From the NCBI GenBank assembly GCA_945971355.1, contig CAMFPD010000001.1, positions 1-47,276 of the forward strand: 47,276 nt of DNA, in the 5' to 3' direction. The first letter of the stretch is position 1. The number at the start of each line of letters is the position of its first letter. Under the pieces are notes generated by a model. That model searched no databases. It had not been told where the DNA came from and saw only the letters and a list, made by a program, of their open reading frames with translations. The position numbers were made by a program, and so were the translations under genes. Positions 20,036 through 30,639 of this stretch are shown one piece after another. This stretch comes from an uncultured Lachnobacterium sp. GTDB taxonomy: Bacteria; Bacillota; Clostridia; Lachnospirales; Lachnospiraceae.

Positions 20036-21802
20036 ATGGAATTTAATGGAGTTTACCATCAGGCGTATGACAATTATTGTTATCCTATCAATGAAAATGA
20101 ATTGATTATTAATATTAAAACTGGGTATGACGTGCAAAGAGTGTTTATTATTTTAGGTGACCCATTTGCAGCGGGAATACTTGGCGGTGGAGAATCCTGG
20201 GAAGGTAATAAACAGGAGATATATTTTAAAAAGAGACTAAAAAATCAGTTGTGGTGGACAACTACAGTAAAACCCGAATATAAAAGACTAAAATACTATT
20301 TTGAACTTCAGACAGAGTCTGAGACATGGTTTTATTTTGAAGATGGTTTTGTAAGTCAGCAACAGAAGGAACTTGAGGGTAGAAGCAGGCAGTGTTTTAC
20401 ATTCCCATGGATGAATCCATGTGATGTACCTGTTACACCTAAATGGGTTAATGATACTGTGTGGTACCAGATATTTCCAGACAGATTTTGCAACGGGGAC
20501 AATTCATTAGATCCTGACTATGTTGTTCCATGGAGAAATAACAGAGAGTCTGTAAAAAATGAAGAGTGCTTTGGCGGAGATCTGGCAGGAATAACAAGCA
20601 AGCTTGATTATTTAAAAAATCTTGGAATAACCGGAATATATCTGACACCTATCAACGAGGCTCCTTCAAATCATAAATATGATACTACAGATTATACTAA
20701 GATTGATCCTCGCTTTGGCGATGAGGAGAGCTTTAAACATCTGGTGGAGGAAGCCCATAACAGAAATATTAGGGTAATGCTGGATGGAGTATTCAACCAT
20801 TGTGGATATTATTTTAAACCGTGGCAGGATGTGCTTGAGAAGGGTCCAGAGTCAGAGTATTATGACTGGTTTATGATAAATGAATGGCCAATTGACAGAA
20901 ATGGAAACGCGGCAAAAAGTAAGCAGATGTACACCTTTGCCTTTTTTGATTTTATGCCAAAGCTAAATACAAATAATCCAAAAGTAAGAAAATATTTTGT
21001 AGATATTTGTGCAGGCTGGGTAGAAAAGTACAAGATTGACGGTATTAGACTGGATGTTGCCAATGAGGTGTCTCACAAATTCTGTAAGGAGCTTCATTCC
21101 AGAGTGAAAGAAATCAATCCTGATGTTTACATTTTGGGAGAAATATGGCATAATGCACTTCCATGGCTTCGTGGAGATGAGTTTGATGCGGTTATGAATT
21201 ATCCTCTAGGACAGAGCATCAAGGATTTTTGGATTGATAAAAGTTTAACAAATGAGGATTTTGAATATACTGTCAACAGATGCTATACAATGTATATGCA
21301 GCAGACAAATGATGTGTTGTTTAATCTTTTGGATTCTCATGATACAAAGAGACTTAGAAGCGATGTTAAGAGTCTGGATGAGTACTTTGCTCAGTTGGCT
21401 GTTCTGTTTGCAATGCCTGGAAGCCCATGTATTTATTATGGAACAGAGATTGCAATGGAGGGTGGACATGATCCAGACTGCCGCAGATGTATGCCATGGG
21501 AGGATATAGAAGCTGGTAAGTATACTGATAGAATAAATATTATTTCTTCGCTCATTCATTTGAGATACAAAGAACCTCTTCTCAAGAGCAGAAATTTCCA
21601 TTTCCCAAATGATGTATGTGACGATCCTAGAGTGATTCAGTTTAGGAAAGTGGATTGGGAAGATGAGTATGTTGAAGTGATAATAAACTGCTCTGATGCT
21701 GATGTTGAGATTCAAAGCAAGGGTGAAACATTATTTGAGAGACATTATATTGATACATCATTGCTTCAGAATGGTATATTAATCAGAAAAATTACTAAAT
21801 AA
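20036..21802 (+). CDS. Cytoplasmic GH13 neopullulanase/cyclomaltodextrinase (N-terminal CBM34-like domain)
   Basis: YQIFPDRF, DGVFNH, MPKLN, GIRLDVANE, GEIWH, LDSHD; no signal peptide. Confidence 0.92.
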   Translation: MEFNGVYHQAYDNYCYPINENELIINIKTGYDVQRVFIILGDPFAAGILGGGESWEGNKQEIYFKKRLKNQLWWTTTVKPEYKRLKYYFELQTESETWFYFEDGFVSQQQKELEGRSRQCFTFPWMNPCDVPVTPKWVNDTVWYQIFPDRFCNGDNSLDPDYVVPWRNNRESVKNEECFGGDLAGITSKLDYLKNLGITGIYLTPINEAPSNHKYDTTDYTKIDPRFGDEESFKHLVEEAHNRNIRVMLDGVFNHCGYYFKPWQDVLEKGPESEYYDWFMINEWPIDRNGNAAKSKQMYTFAFFDFMPKLNTNNPKVRKYFVDICAGWVEKYKIDGIRLDVANEVSHKFCKELHSRVKEINPDVYILGEIWHNALPWLRGDEFDAVMNYPLGQSIKDFWIDKSLTNEDFEYTVNRCYTMYMQQTNDVLFNLLDSHDTKRLRSDVKSLDEYFAQLAVLFAMPGSPCIYYGTEIAMEGGHDPDCRRCMPWEDIEAGKYTDRINIISSLIHLRYKEPLLKSRNFHFPNDVCDDPRVIQFRKVDWEDEYVEVIINCSDADVEIQSKGETLFERHYIDTSLLQNGILIRKITK

Positions 21803-21825
21803 ATTTAGAAAGAAAAGGTGTATAA

Positions 21826-22962
21826 ATGGCTAAGTATGAGTTGTTAAAGCAGGAAGGCCGAGCTAAACGTGGTGTGTTCCATACAGTTCATGGAGATATA
21901 CAGACTCCTGTGTTTATGAACGTAGGAACTGTGGGGGCAATTAAAGGAGCAGTCTCTACTGATGATCTTAAGTCAATTAAGTGTCAGGTACAGCTTTCTA
22001 ACACATATCACTTACATGTGAGAACTGGAGATAAGCTTATTAAGGAAGTCGGTGGACTCCACAAGTTTATGGTATGGGACAGACCTATCCTTACAGATTC
22101 AGGTGGATTTCAGGTTTTTTCACTGGCTGGACTTAGAAAGATAAAAGAGGAAGGTGTATATTTTAACTCCCATATTGATGGAGCAAAGATTTTTATGGGA
22201 CCAGAGGAGAGCATGCAGATACAGTCAAATCTTGGTTCGACAATTGCAATGGCATTCGATGAGTGTCCATCCAGTGTGGCAGATAGAAAATACGTTACAG
22301 ATTCAGTGAACAGGACAACTCGTTGGCTGGAGAGATGCAAAAAGGAAATGGCAAGACTTAACAGTCTTGAGGATACGGTAAATAAGGAACAGCTGCTTTT
22401 TGGTATAAATCAGGGAGCTATCTATGATGATATTCGAATTGATCATGCAAAGAGAATATCAGAGATGGATTTGGACGGATATGCTGTGGGAGGACTTGCA
22501 GTAGGAGAGAGCCATGAGGAGATGTATCATGTACTGGAAGAGACTGTTCCTTATCTGCCAAAGGACAAGCCTACATACCTTATGGGTGTTGGAACCCCTG
22601 CTAATATTTTGGAGGGTGTTGAGAGAGGCATAGATTTCTTCGATTGTGTATATCCATCCAGAAATGGCCGTCATGGACATGTGTATACAAAGTTTGGAAA
22701 GCTTAATCTCTTCAATCAGAAGTTTGAGAAGGATATGAGACCGATAGAGGAGGGCTGTCAGTGTCCAGCCTGCAGGACATATTCGAGAGCATATATACGT
22801 CATCTTTTAAAGGCAAAAGAAATGCTAGGAATGAGACTTTGCGTGCTTCATAACCTTTACTTCTATAACAATATGATGGAAGAAATAAGAGATGCCCTTG
22901 ATAATGATCGATTTGCTTCATATAAAGAAGAGAAACTCTATCACATGGCTCATGGCGAGTAA
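21826..22962 (+). CDS. tgt: Queuine tRNA-ribosyltransferase
   Basis: TPVFMNVGT, LTDSGGFQVFSL, GGLAVGE, FDCVYP, CQCPAC...H zinc site. Confidence 0.98.
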   Translation: MAKYELLKQEGRAKRGVFHTVHGDIQTPVFMNVGTVGAIKGAVSTDDLKSIKCQVQLSNTYHLHVRTGDKLIKEVGGLHKFMVWDRPILTDSGGFQVFSLAGLRKIKEEGVYFNSHIDGAKIFMGPEESMQIQSNLGSTIAMAFDECPSSVADRKYVTDSVNRTTRWLERCKKEMARLNSLEDTVNKEQLLFGINQGAIYDDIRIDHAKRISEMDLDGYAVGGLAVGESHEEMYHVLEETVPYLPKDKPTYLMGVGTPANILEGVERGIDFFDCVYPSRNGRHGHVYTKFGKLNLFNQKFEKDMRPIEEGCQCPACRTYSRAYIRHLLKAKEMLGMRLCVLHNLYFYNNMMEEIRDALDNDRFASYKEEKLYHMAHGE

Positions 22963-23016
22963 GTTTGACTAATATATAAAATAAATCTTAAATAATGGCG
23001 ATAAGGCAAATTTTAC

Positions 23017-23045
23017 TTGATGAATTATGACTAGTTGTGTAGAAT
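23017..23045 (+). promoter_or_regulatory. SigA-type promoter of yajC
   Basis: TTGATG-17 bp-TAGAAT. Confidence 0.5.
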
Positions 23046-23077
23046 AACAATAGTATTTTTAAATTTAGGAGGAAAAA

Positions 23078-23395
23078 TTGATGATGTCAATTTTAGCAGA
23101 AGCAACAGGTGGAATGGTTGGAACACTTGGAATGATCATATGGTTGGTTGTATTATTTGCAATAATGTATTTTCTTATGATTAGACCACAGAAGAAAGAG
23201 CAGAAGAGAAAGGATCTTATGCTTAGCGAAGTAGCAGCAGGAGATACAGTTCTTACTACTTCAGGATTCTATGGTACAATTATTGATATTGAGGATGATA
23301 CAGTAATCGTTGAGTTCGGAAACAACAAGAACTGCAGAATTCCAATGCAGAAGGCTGCTATCGCTGATGTTGAAAAGGCTGGTTCAGCAGAATAG
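23078..23395 (+). CDS. yajC: Preprotein translocase subunit YajC (start 23078 or 23081)
   Basis: TM helix, MYFLMIRPQKK, GDTVLTTSGFYG; follows tgt. Confidence 0.96.
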   Translation: MMMSILAEATGGMVGTLGMIIWLVVLFAIMYFLMIRPQKKEQKRKDLMLSEVAAGDTVLTTSGFYGTIIDIEDDTVIVEFGNNKNCRIPMQKAAIADVEKAGSAE

Positions 23396-23421
23396 TACTT
23401 GTTTTGCAAAGAGAATAGAGT

Positions 23422-23457
23422 AAGGAGACTATCACATATATGGTAGTCTCCTTTTTT
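23422..23457 (+). terminator. Rho-independent terminator
   Basis: AAGGAGACTATCA...TGGTAGTCTCCTT with T-tract. Confidence 0.85.
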
Positions 23458-23536
23458 ATATTTCATAAGAATAATAATGCAGGGTACTATAATGACAAGT
23501 TATAAAAAATATGAAAAAGTAAAATGACTAATAATG

Positions 23537-23590
23537 TTGAAATACATGCTTTATTGCTTTAAGATATTAAATAGTAAATTTCAGAAAAGG
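23537..23590 (+). promoter_or_regulatory. SigA promoter plus CodY box of the leuB-ilvD-ilvB operon
   Basis: TTGAAA-17-TAAGAT (23537-23565); AAATTTCAGAAAAGG (23576-23590) matches AATTTTCWGAAAATT at 12/15. Confidence 0.6.
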
Positions 23591-23600
23591 GGAAATTTTT

Positions 23601-24701
23601 ATGGATTGTAATATTGGTGTTATTTCAGGAGACGGAATTGGTCCTGAGATAGTGGCAGAGGCAAAAAAAGTATTGGACCGTGTAGGTAGTAAATATGGTC
23701 ACAAGTTTAATTATACTGAGATATTGATGGGAGGCTGTTCAATTGATGCAACAGGAGTTCCTCTTACAGATGAAGCCATTGAGACAGCATTAAATTCAGA
23801 TGCAGTACTTATGGGTTCAATTGGTGGAAATACAGCAACATCACCATGGTACAAATTGGCACCAGAACTCAGACCGGAGGCTGGACTTTTAAAATTAAGA
23901 AAAGCACTTAATCTGTTTGCTAATTTAAGACCAGCTTATTTATATGAAGAGCTTGCAGCAGCATGTCCGCTCAGAGCAGATATAATTGGTGATGGTTTCG
24001 ACATGATGATTATGAGAGAACTCACAGGAGGTCTGTACTTCGGAGCACGTGAGACAAAAGAAGTTGACGGTGTTATGACAGCAACAGATACACTTACATA
24101 TAATGAAGAGGAAATCAGACGAATTGCAAAGCGTGGTTTTGACATTGCAATGAAGAGAAGAAAAAAAGTTACATCAGTTGACAAAGCTAATGTACTTGAT
24201 TCGTCAAGACTTTGGAGAATGGTTGTGGAAGAGGTTGCGACTGATTATCCGGAAGTAAAGTATGAGCATATGCTTGTTGATAACTGTGCAATGCAGCTTG
24301 TAAAGGATCCAAAGCAGTTTGATGTTATTTTGACAGAAAACATGTTTGGAGATATATTATCAGATGAGGCAAGTATGGTAACAGGTTCAATTGGAATGCT
24401 CTCATCAGCAAGCTTGAATGATACAAAGTTTGGTTTATATGAGCCAAGTGGCGGATCTGCACCTGATATTGCAGGAAAAGGAATTGCAAATCCAATTGCT
24501 ACAATTCTTTCTGCCGCAATGATGCTTCGTTATTCCTTTGATTTGGATAAGGAAGCTGATGCAATTGAGGCAGCAGTTAAGCAGGTTCTGAAAGAGGGAT
24601 ATAGAACAATTGATATTATGCCACAGCCAGGCGAGTCAATAGAAGGAATTACACAGGTTGGAACAGCTCAGATGGGAGATTTGATTGCTGAGAGAGTGTA
24701 A
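23601..24701 (+). CDS. leuB: 3-isopropylmalate dehydrogenase
   Basis: [50 protein letters not shown]. Confidence 0.98.
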   Translation: MDCNIGVISGDGIGPEIVAEAKKVLDRVGSKYGHKFNYTEILMGGCSIDATGVPLTDEAIETALNSDAVLMGSIGGNTATSPWYKLAPELRPEAGLLKLRKALNLFANLRPAYLYEELAAACPLRADIIGDGFDMMIMRELTGGLYFGARETKEVDGVMTATDTLTYNEEEIRRIAKRGFDIAMKRRKKVTSVDKANVLDSSRLWRMVVEEVATDYPEVKYEHMLVDNCAMQLVKDPKQFDVILTENMFGDILSDEASMVTGSIGMLSSASLNDTKFGLYEPSGGSAPDIAGKGIANPIATILSAAMMLRYSFDLDKEADAIEAAVKQVLKEGYRTIDIMPQPGESIEGITQVGTAQMGDLIAERV

Positions 24702-24732
24702 TACAGATTTAAACAGTAAAGGAGATAATAAT

Positions 24733-26412
24733 ATGATAAGTGATAACGCAAGATCAGGAATGCAGCAGGCACCTGCAAGAAGCTTATTTAACGCATTGGG
24801 ATTTACACCAGAAGAGATGAAAAAGCCAATGGTAGGTATCGTTAGTTCATACAATGAAATCGTACCAGGACATATGAATATAGATAAAATTGTTGACGCT
24901 GTAAAGCTCGGAGTAGCAGAGGCAGGTGGAGTACCAGTTGTTTTTCCAGCAATTGCTGTATGTGATGGAATTGCAATGGGACACATCGGAATGAAGTATT
25001 CTCTTGTTACCCGTGATCTTATTGCAGATTCTACAGAGTGTATGGCATTAGCACATCAGTTTGATGCTCTTGTAATGGTACCAAACTGTGATAAGAATGT
25101 ACCAGGACTTTTGATGGCAGCAGCAAGACTTAATCTTCCAACTGTATTTGTGTCAGGCGGACCAATGCTTGCTGGCCATGTAAAGGGACAGAAGAGATCG
25201 CTTTCATCTATGTTTGAGGCTGTAGGTTCATACGCAGCAGGAACAATGACTGAGGAAGACGTATGTGAGTTTGAAAACAAGGTATGTCCTACATGTGGCT
25301 CTTGTTCAGGAATGTATACAGCAAATTCAATGAACTGTCTTACAGAGGCACTTGGAATGGGATTGAGAGGAAACGGAACAATTCCAGCAGTTTATTCTGA
25401 GAGAATCAAACTTGCAAAGCATGCAGGTATGGCAGTAATGGATATGTTTAATAAAGGCATCAAAGCACGTGATATCCTGACTAAGGAGGCAATTATGAAT
25501 GCTCTTACAGTTGATATGGCACTTGGATGTTCTACAAATTCAATGCTTCATTTGCCGGCAATCGCCCATGAAATAGGATTTGATTTTGATATTAGTTTTG
25601 CAAATCCAATTAGTGAGAAAACACCTAACCTTTGTCATCTTGCACCAGCTGGTCCTACATATATGGAAGATTTAAATGAAGCTGGCGGTGTTTGGGCAGT
25701 GATGAAGGAGCTTGCTGATATTGGACTTATCAATACAGATTGTATGACTGTAACAGGGAAGACTGTAGGAGAGAATATTGCAAATGCAGTAAATAGAAAT
25801 CCAGAGGTTATCCGTACTGTTGATAATCCATACTCAAAGACAGGTGGACTTGCAGTTCTCAAGGGAAATCTCGCACCAGATGGATCTGTAGTTAAGCGTT
25901 CAGCTGTTGTTGATGAGATGATGGTTCATGAGGGACCTGCAAGAGTATTTGACTGTGAGGAAGATGCAATTGCAGCAATTAAAGGTGGAAAAATTGTTGC
26001 TGGAGATGTAGTTGTTATCAGATATGAAGGACCTAAGGGTGGCCCAGGAATGAGAGAGATGCTTAACCCAACATCTGCAATTGCAGGAATGGGACTTGGA
26101 AGCTCAGTAGCACTTATTACAGATGGACGTTTCTCAGGAGCTAGCCGTGGTGCTTCAATAGGACATGTTTCACCAGAGGCAGCTGTGGGTGGACCAATTG
26201 CCCTTGTTGAGGAGGGAGACATCATCAAGATTAATATTCCAGCAATGACTCTTGATATTGATGTGTCAGATGAAGAAATGGCAGCTAGAAAAGCTAAGTG
26301 GCAGCCAAGAGAACCTAAGGTTACAACAGGCTACCTTAAGAGATATGCATCGCTTGTTACATCTGGAAACAGGGGAGCAATTCTTGCACTTCCAGGAGAA
26401 CAGAATGCATAA
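24733..26412 (+). CDS. ilvD: Dihydroxy-acid dehydratase
   Basis: [47 protein letters not shown]; ATG 24733 follows AAGGAG. Confidence 0.98.
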   Translation: MISDNARSGMQQAPARSLFNALGFTPEEMKKPMVGIVSSYNEIVPGHMNIDKIVDAVKLGVAEAGGVPVVFPAIAVCDGIAMGHIGMKYSLVTRDLIADSTECMALAHQFDALVMVPNCDKNVPGLLMAAARLNLPTVFVSGGPMLAGHVKGQKRSLSSMFEAVGSYAAGTMTEEDVCEFENKVCPTCGSCSGMYTANSMNCLTEALGMGLRGNGTIPAVYSERIKLAKHAGMAVMDMFNKGIKARDILTKEAIMNALTVDMALGCSTNSMLHLPAIAHEIGFDFDISFANPISEKTPNLCHLAPAGPTYMEDLNEAGGVWAVMKELADIGLINTDCMTVTGKTVGENIANAVNRNPEVIRTVDNPYSKTGGLAVLKGNLAPDGSVVKRSAVVDEMMVHEGPARVFDCEEDAIAAIKGGKIVAGDVVVIRYEGPKGGPGMREMLNPTSAIAGMGLGSSVALITDGRFSGASRGASIGHVSPEAAVGGPIALVEEGDIIKINIPAMTLDIDVSDEEMAARKAKWQPREPKVTTGYLKRYASLVTSGNRGAILALPGEQNA

Positions 26413-26448
26413 GGCTTAGGCCAAAAATAGTTATAGAGGATTAGAAAT

Positions 26449-28131
26449 ATGCAATTAACAGGATCACAGATAATTATAGAATGTTTAAAAGAACAGGGAG
26501 TTGATACCGTTTTCGGATATCCAGGAGGAGCAATCTTAAATGTATATGATGAGCTCTACAAGCATCCAGAGATTAAGCATGTGCTTACAAGTCATGAGCA
26601 GGGTGCTAGTCATGCGGCTGATGGATATGCCAGAAGTACAGGAAAAGTAGGAGTCTGCATGGCTACATCAGGTCCAGGAGCGACTAACCTCGTAACTGGA
26701 ATTTCCACAGCATACATGGATTCAATACCAATGGTAGCTATTACTTGTAACGTAACAGTGCCATTGCTTGGAAAGGACAGTTTCCAGGAGGTAGATATTG
26801 CAGGAATAACAACACCTGTTACAAAATATAGTTTTATTGTTAAGGATATCAATAAGCTTGCAGATACAATAAGAAGAGCCTTTGATATTGCAAGAAAAGG
26901 ACGTCCAGGTCCTGTATTAGTTGATATTCCAAAGGATGTTACAGCTCAGAAGGTTGAGTATGTGAAGAAGGAAATTGAATTTCCAGCACCAAAGACTGAA
27001 AACATTACAGAAGAGGCTGTCAATAGGGCAGTTGAATTGATTTCAAAGGCAAAGAAACCATACATTTTTGTAGGTGGAGGTGCGGTTCTTTCAGGAGCCA
27101 GTGAGGAACTGAAGAAGTTTGTAGAATTAGTTGATGCACCTGTATGTGACACCCTTATGGGAAAGGGCGCATACGACGGAACTTCTGATAATTACACAGG
27201 AATGCTTGGAATGCATGGAACAAAAGCATCAAATCTTGGTGTATCAGAATGTGATTTGTTAATAGCAATAGGAACTAGATTTTCAGACCGTGTACTTGGA
27301 AATCCAAAGAAGTTTGCTAAGCAGGCCAAGATACTACAGATTGATGTTGATCCGGCAGAAATAAATAAAAATATCAGAGTTACAGCAGATGTAGTTGGCG
27401 ATGTAAAAGAAGTGTTAAAGCGTATTAATGAAAAACTTACACAGCTTGACCATGCTGCATGGAATGAGCATATTGCAGAGTACACAAAGACATTCCCACT
27501 TGAATATAATAAAAATGGACTTTCTGGTCCTGCCGTAATTGAGACAATTTATGAGATGGTTCATGGGGATGCAATTATGGTAACTGAGGTTGGACAGCAT
27601 CAGATGTGGGCTGCCCAGTACTATAAATATAGTAAACCAAGACATTTGCTTACATCGGGTGGACTTGGAACTATGGGATACGGTCTAGGTGCTGCTATTG
27701 GTGCTCAGACAGCAAATCCAGATAAGCAGGTAATTAATATAGCTGGTGATGGATGCTTTAGAATGAATATGAATGAGATTGCAACTGCATCCAGAGAGAA
27801 GCTTCCACTTATTGAGGTTATTATAAATAATCATGTGCTTGGAATGGTTAGACAGTGGCAGACATTATTTTATGATAAGCATTATTCAGCTACAATACTT
27901 GATGATGGTGTTGATTATGTAAAGCTTTGTGAGGCTATGGGAGCAGAGGCAAGACGAGTAACTACACAGGAAGAGTTCAGAGAAGCCTTTGCAGAGGCAC
28001 TTGAGTGTAAGAAACCCTTTGTAATTGATTGTATTATTGATTCTGATGATAAGGTATGGCCAATGGTTGCGCCAGGAACACCGATTAATGAAGCCTTTGA
28101 TGAGGATGATTACAATTCAAAAAATAAATAG
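26449..28131 (+). CDS. ilvB: Acetolactate synthase, large subunit
   Basis: FGYPGGA, HEQGA, TSGPGATN, GQHQMW, GDGCFRMN TPP motif, GMVRQWQ. Confidence 0.97.
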   Translation: MQLTGSQIIIECLKEQGVDTVFGYPGGAILNVYDELYKHPEIKHVLTSHEQGASHAADGYARSTGKVGVCMATSGPGATNLVTGISTAYMDSIPMVAITCNVTVPLLGKDSFQEVDIAGITTPVTKYSFIVKDINKLADTIRRAFDIARKGRPGPVLVDIPKDVTAQKVEYVKKEIEFPAPKTENITEEAVNRAVELISKAKKPYIFVGGGAVLSGASEELKKFVELVDAPVCDTLMGKGAYDGTSDNYTGMLGMHGTKASNLGVSECDLLIAIGTRFSDRVLGNPKKFAKQAKILQIDVDPAEINKNIRVTADVVGDVKEVLKRINEKLTQLDHAAWNEHIAEYTKTFPLEYNKNGLSGPAVIETIYEMVHGDAIMVTEVGQHQMWAAQYYKYSKPRHLLTSGGLGTMGYGLGAAIGAQTANPDKQVINIAGDGCFRMNMNEIATASREKLPLIEVIINNHVLGMVRQWQTLFYDKHYSATILDDGVDYVKLCEAMGAEARRVTTQEEFREAFAEALECKKPFVIDCIIDSDDKVWPMVAPGTPINEAFDEDDYNSKNK

Positions 28132-28171
28132 TTAGAAAATGTTTACTAGTTAAGAAAGTGAGGATGAAAAT

Positions 28172-29254
28172 ATGAGCAGAGTATATAACTTTTCAGCAGG
28201 TCCTGCTGTACTTCCAGAGGAAGTGTTAAGAGAAGCAGCAGATGAAATGATGGATTATAAGGGCAGTGGAATGTCTGTGATGGAGATGAGTCATAGATCT
28301 AAATGGTTTGATGACATCATCAAAGAGGCAGAGGCAGATCTTCGTGATCTTATGAATATTCCGGACAACTATAAGGTTCTTTTCCTTCAGGGAGGAGCAT
28401 CTCAGTTTTTTGCAGAGGTACCAATGAACCTTATGAAGAACAAAAAGGCTGGATACATCATTACAGGACAGTGGGCAAAGAAAGCTTTTCAGGAAGCAAA
28501 GATTTATGGTGAAGCAGTAGAACTTGCATCATCAGCAGATCAGACTTTCTCATATATTCCTGATTGTTCAGATCTTCCAATTACAGATGATATGGATTAT
28601 GTATATATCTGCGAGAACAATACAATCTATGGAACAAAGTTCAAGACATTACCAGATACAAAAGGAAAATTACTTGTATCAGATGTTTCCTCATGTTTCT
28701 TATCAGAGCCAATTGATGTCTCAAAATATGGTGTAGTTTATGGTGGAGTACAGAAAAATATCGGACCAGCAGGAGTTGTAATTGCAATTATTCGTGAGGA
28801 TCTCATTACAGATGAATGTCTTCCAGGAACACCAACAATGCTCAAGTGGAAGACACAGGCTGACAATGACAGTCTTTATAATACACCACCTTGTTATGGA
28901 ATTTATATATGTGGTAAGGTGTTCAAGTGGCTTAAGAAGATGGGCGGCCTTGAAGCTATGAAGAAGCATAATGAGGAGAAGGCAGCTATCCTTTATGATT
29001 TCCTTGAGGAGAGCAAAATGTTCAAGGGAACAGTTCGCAAGGAGGACCGATCACTTATGAATGTTCCATTTGTAACTGGAGATGCTGACCTTGATGCAAA
29101 ATTTGTAAAGGAAGCAACAGCAGCTGGATTTGTGAACCTCAAGGGTCATCGTACAGTTGGTGGTATGAGAGCTTCTATCTACAATGCAATGCCAAAAGAG
29201 GGCGTTGAGAAGCTTGTGGAGTTTATGAAGAAATTCGAAGCTGAGAATTCATAA
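28172..29254 (+). CDS. serC: Phosphoserine aminotransferase
   Basis: NFSAGPA, EMSHRS, QKNIGPAG, YNTPP, GHRTVGGMRASIYNA. Confidence 0.98.
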   Translation: MSRVYNFSAGPAVLPEEVLREAADEMMDYKGSGMSVMEMSHRSKWFDDIIKEAEADLRDLMNIPDNYKVLFLQGGASQFFAEVPMNLMKNKKAGYIITGQWAKKAFQEAKIYGEAVELASSADQTFSYIPDCSDLPITDDMDYVYICENNTIYGTKFKTLPDTKGKLLVSDVSSCFLSEPIDVSKYGVVYGGVQKNIGPAGVVIAIIREDLITDECLPGTPTMLKWKTQADNDSLYNTPPCYGIYICGKVFKWLKKMGGLEAMKKHNEEKAAILYDFLEESKMFKGTVRKEDRSLMNVPFVTGDADLDAKFVKEATAAGFVNLKGHRTVGGMRASIYNAMPKEGVEKLVEFMKKFEAENS

Positions 29255-29310
29255 AATAGTTACGATTGTAGTTTTTTTGAGTGTTTTATTGTATAAAAAA
29301 GGAGTAGAGT

Positions 29311-30474
29311 ATGTACAAGTATAATTGCCTCAACCCAATTGCTGGAGTAGGACTTGATTTGTTTTCAGATGAGTATACAAAGGTTGATGAATTAAAGGAT
29401 GCAGATGCGGCTTTAGTAAGAAGTGCTGCTATGCATGATATGGATTTGCCTGATACACTTCTTGCAGTTGCAAGAGCTGGAGCTGGAGTAAATAATATTC
29501 CGCTTGATAAATGTGCAGAGAAGGGTATTGTAGTTTTCAATACACCAGGAGCAAATGCAAACGGAGTAAAGGAGCTTGTATTTGCAGGAATGCTCTATGC
29601 ATCACGTGATATTGTTGGTGGAATTGACTGGTGTTTAGAGAACCAGAATGATGAGAATATTGCAAAGACAGCAGAGAAGCAGAAGAAGAACTTTGCTGGA
29701 ACAGAGATTTCTGGAAAGAAGCTTGGTGTTATTGGACTTGGAGCAATCGGTGTCCTTGTTGCAAATGCAGCTACACATCTTGGAATGGAGGTATATGGAT
29801 ATGATCCATATATATCTGTAAATGCAGCATGGAACTTATCAAGAAGCGTTAAACATGTAACAAATGTTGAGGATATTTACCGTGAATGTGATTTTATTAC
29901 AGTTCATGTTCCACTTTTAGATTCAACAAAGAAAATGATTAGCGCTGAGGCCATTGCATTGATGAAACCTACAGCAATCGTGCTTAACTTTGCAAGAGAC
30001 CTTCTTGTAGACGAGGAGGCAATTGTAGATGCATTAGCAGCTGGTAAGCTTCATAAGTATGTATCTGACTTCCCTAATACAACAACAGTTGGAGCAAAGG
30101 GTTGTATCGTAACTCCACATCTTGGAGCTTCAACAGCAGAGTCAGAGGATAACTGTGCAATTATGGCAGTAAGAGAAATCCGAGATTACCTTGAGAATGG
30201 TAATATTGTTCATTCTGTAAATTTCCCAGATTGTAACATGGGTGCTTGTACAACAGCAGGACGCCTTGGTATTCTTCACAAGAATGAGAAGGGTATCATT
30301 GCAAAGTTTACAACAGTGCTTGGCGATGCAGATGTAAATGTATCTGACCTTACAAATAAGGGAAAAGGTGATTATGCATATTCATTAATCGATATTGACT
30401 CAGTTGCTTCTGAAACTGTAGTAGAGCAGATTAAAAATATCGAAGGTGTACTCAGAGTGCGCGTAGTTAAATAA
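29311..30474 (+). CDS. serA: D-3-phosphoglycerate dehydrogenase with ACT domain
   Basis: RAGAGVNNIP, NTPGANANGVKE, GLGAIG, TPHLGAST; follows serC. Confidence 0.93.
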   Translation: MYKYNCLNPIAGVGLDLFSDEYTKVDELKDADAALVRSAAMHDMDLPDTLLAVARAGAGVNNIPLDKCAEKGIVVFNTPGANANGVKELVFAGMLYASRDIVGGIDWCLENQNDENIAKTAEKQKKNFAGTEISGKKLGVIGLGAIGVLVANAATHLGMEVYGYDPYISVNAAWNLSRSVKHVTNVEDIYRECDFITVHVPLLDSTKKMISAEAIALMKPTAIVLNFARDLLVDEEAIVDALAAGKLHKYVSDFPNTTTVGAKGCIVTPHLGASTAESEDNCAIMAVREIRDYLENGNIVHSVNFPDCNMGACTTAGRLGILHKNEKGIIAKFTTVLGDADVNVSDLTNKGKGDYAYSLIDIDSVASETVVEQIKNIEGVLRVRVVK

Positions 30475-30503
30475 GTTAATAATATTTGATATATTATTAT
30501 GAG

Positions 30504-30542
30504 AATACCTGGGCTTGACGAATGTCTTGTCTGGGTATTTTT
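30504..30542 (+). terminator. Rho-independent terminator
   Basis: AATACCTGGGC..GAC/GTC..GTCTGGGTATT with T-tract. Confidence 0.7.
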
Positions 30543-30639
30543 GTTAAAAAAATATGTCATAAAATTAATGAAGAATTTGGGTATTTGGTTTATAATATGG
30601 TATGAAAACAATAAGAGATGAAAATAAGAGGTGTGACAA

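Noticed and set aside
21826-22962. Possible queuine-salvage (eukaryote-like) Tgt variant
   Set aside because: Retains the DEC and GGLAVGE residues typical of canonical preQ1-inserting bacterial Tgt
24685-24732. Extended ilvD start overlapping leuB; similar extensions for csp (31584), rnj (11885) and glyQS (37737)
   Set aside because: Downstream starts fit the family N-termini and mostly have better RBSs
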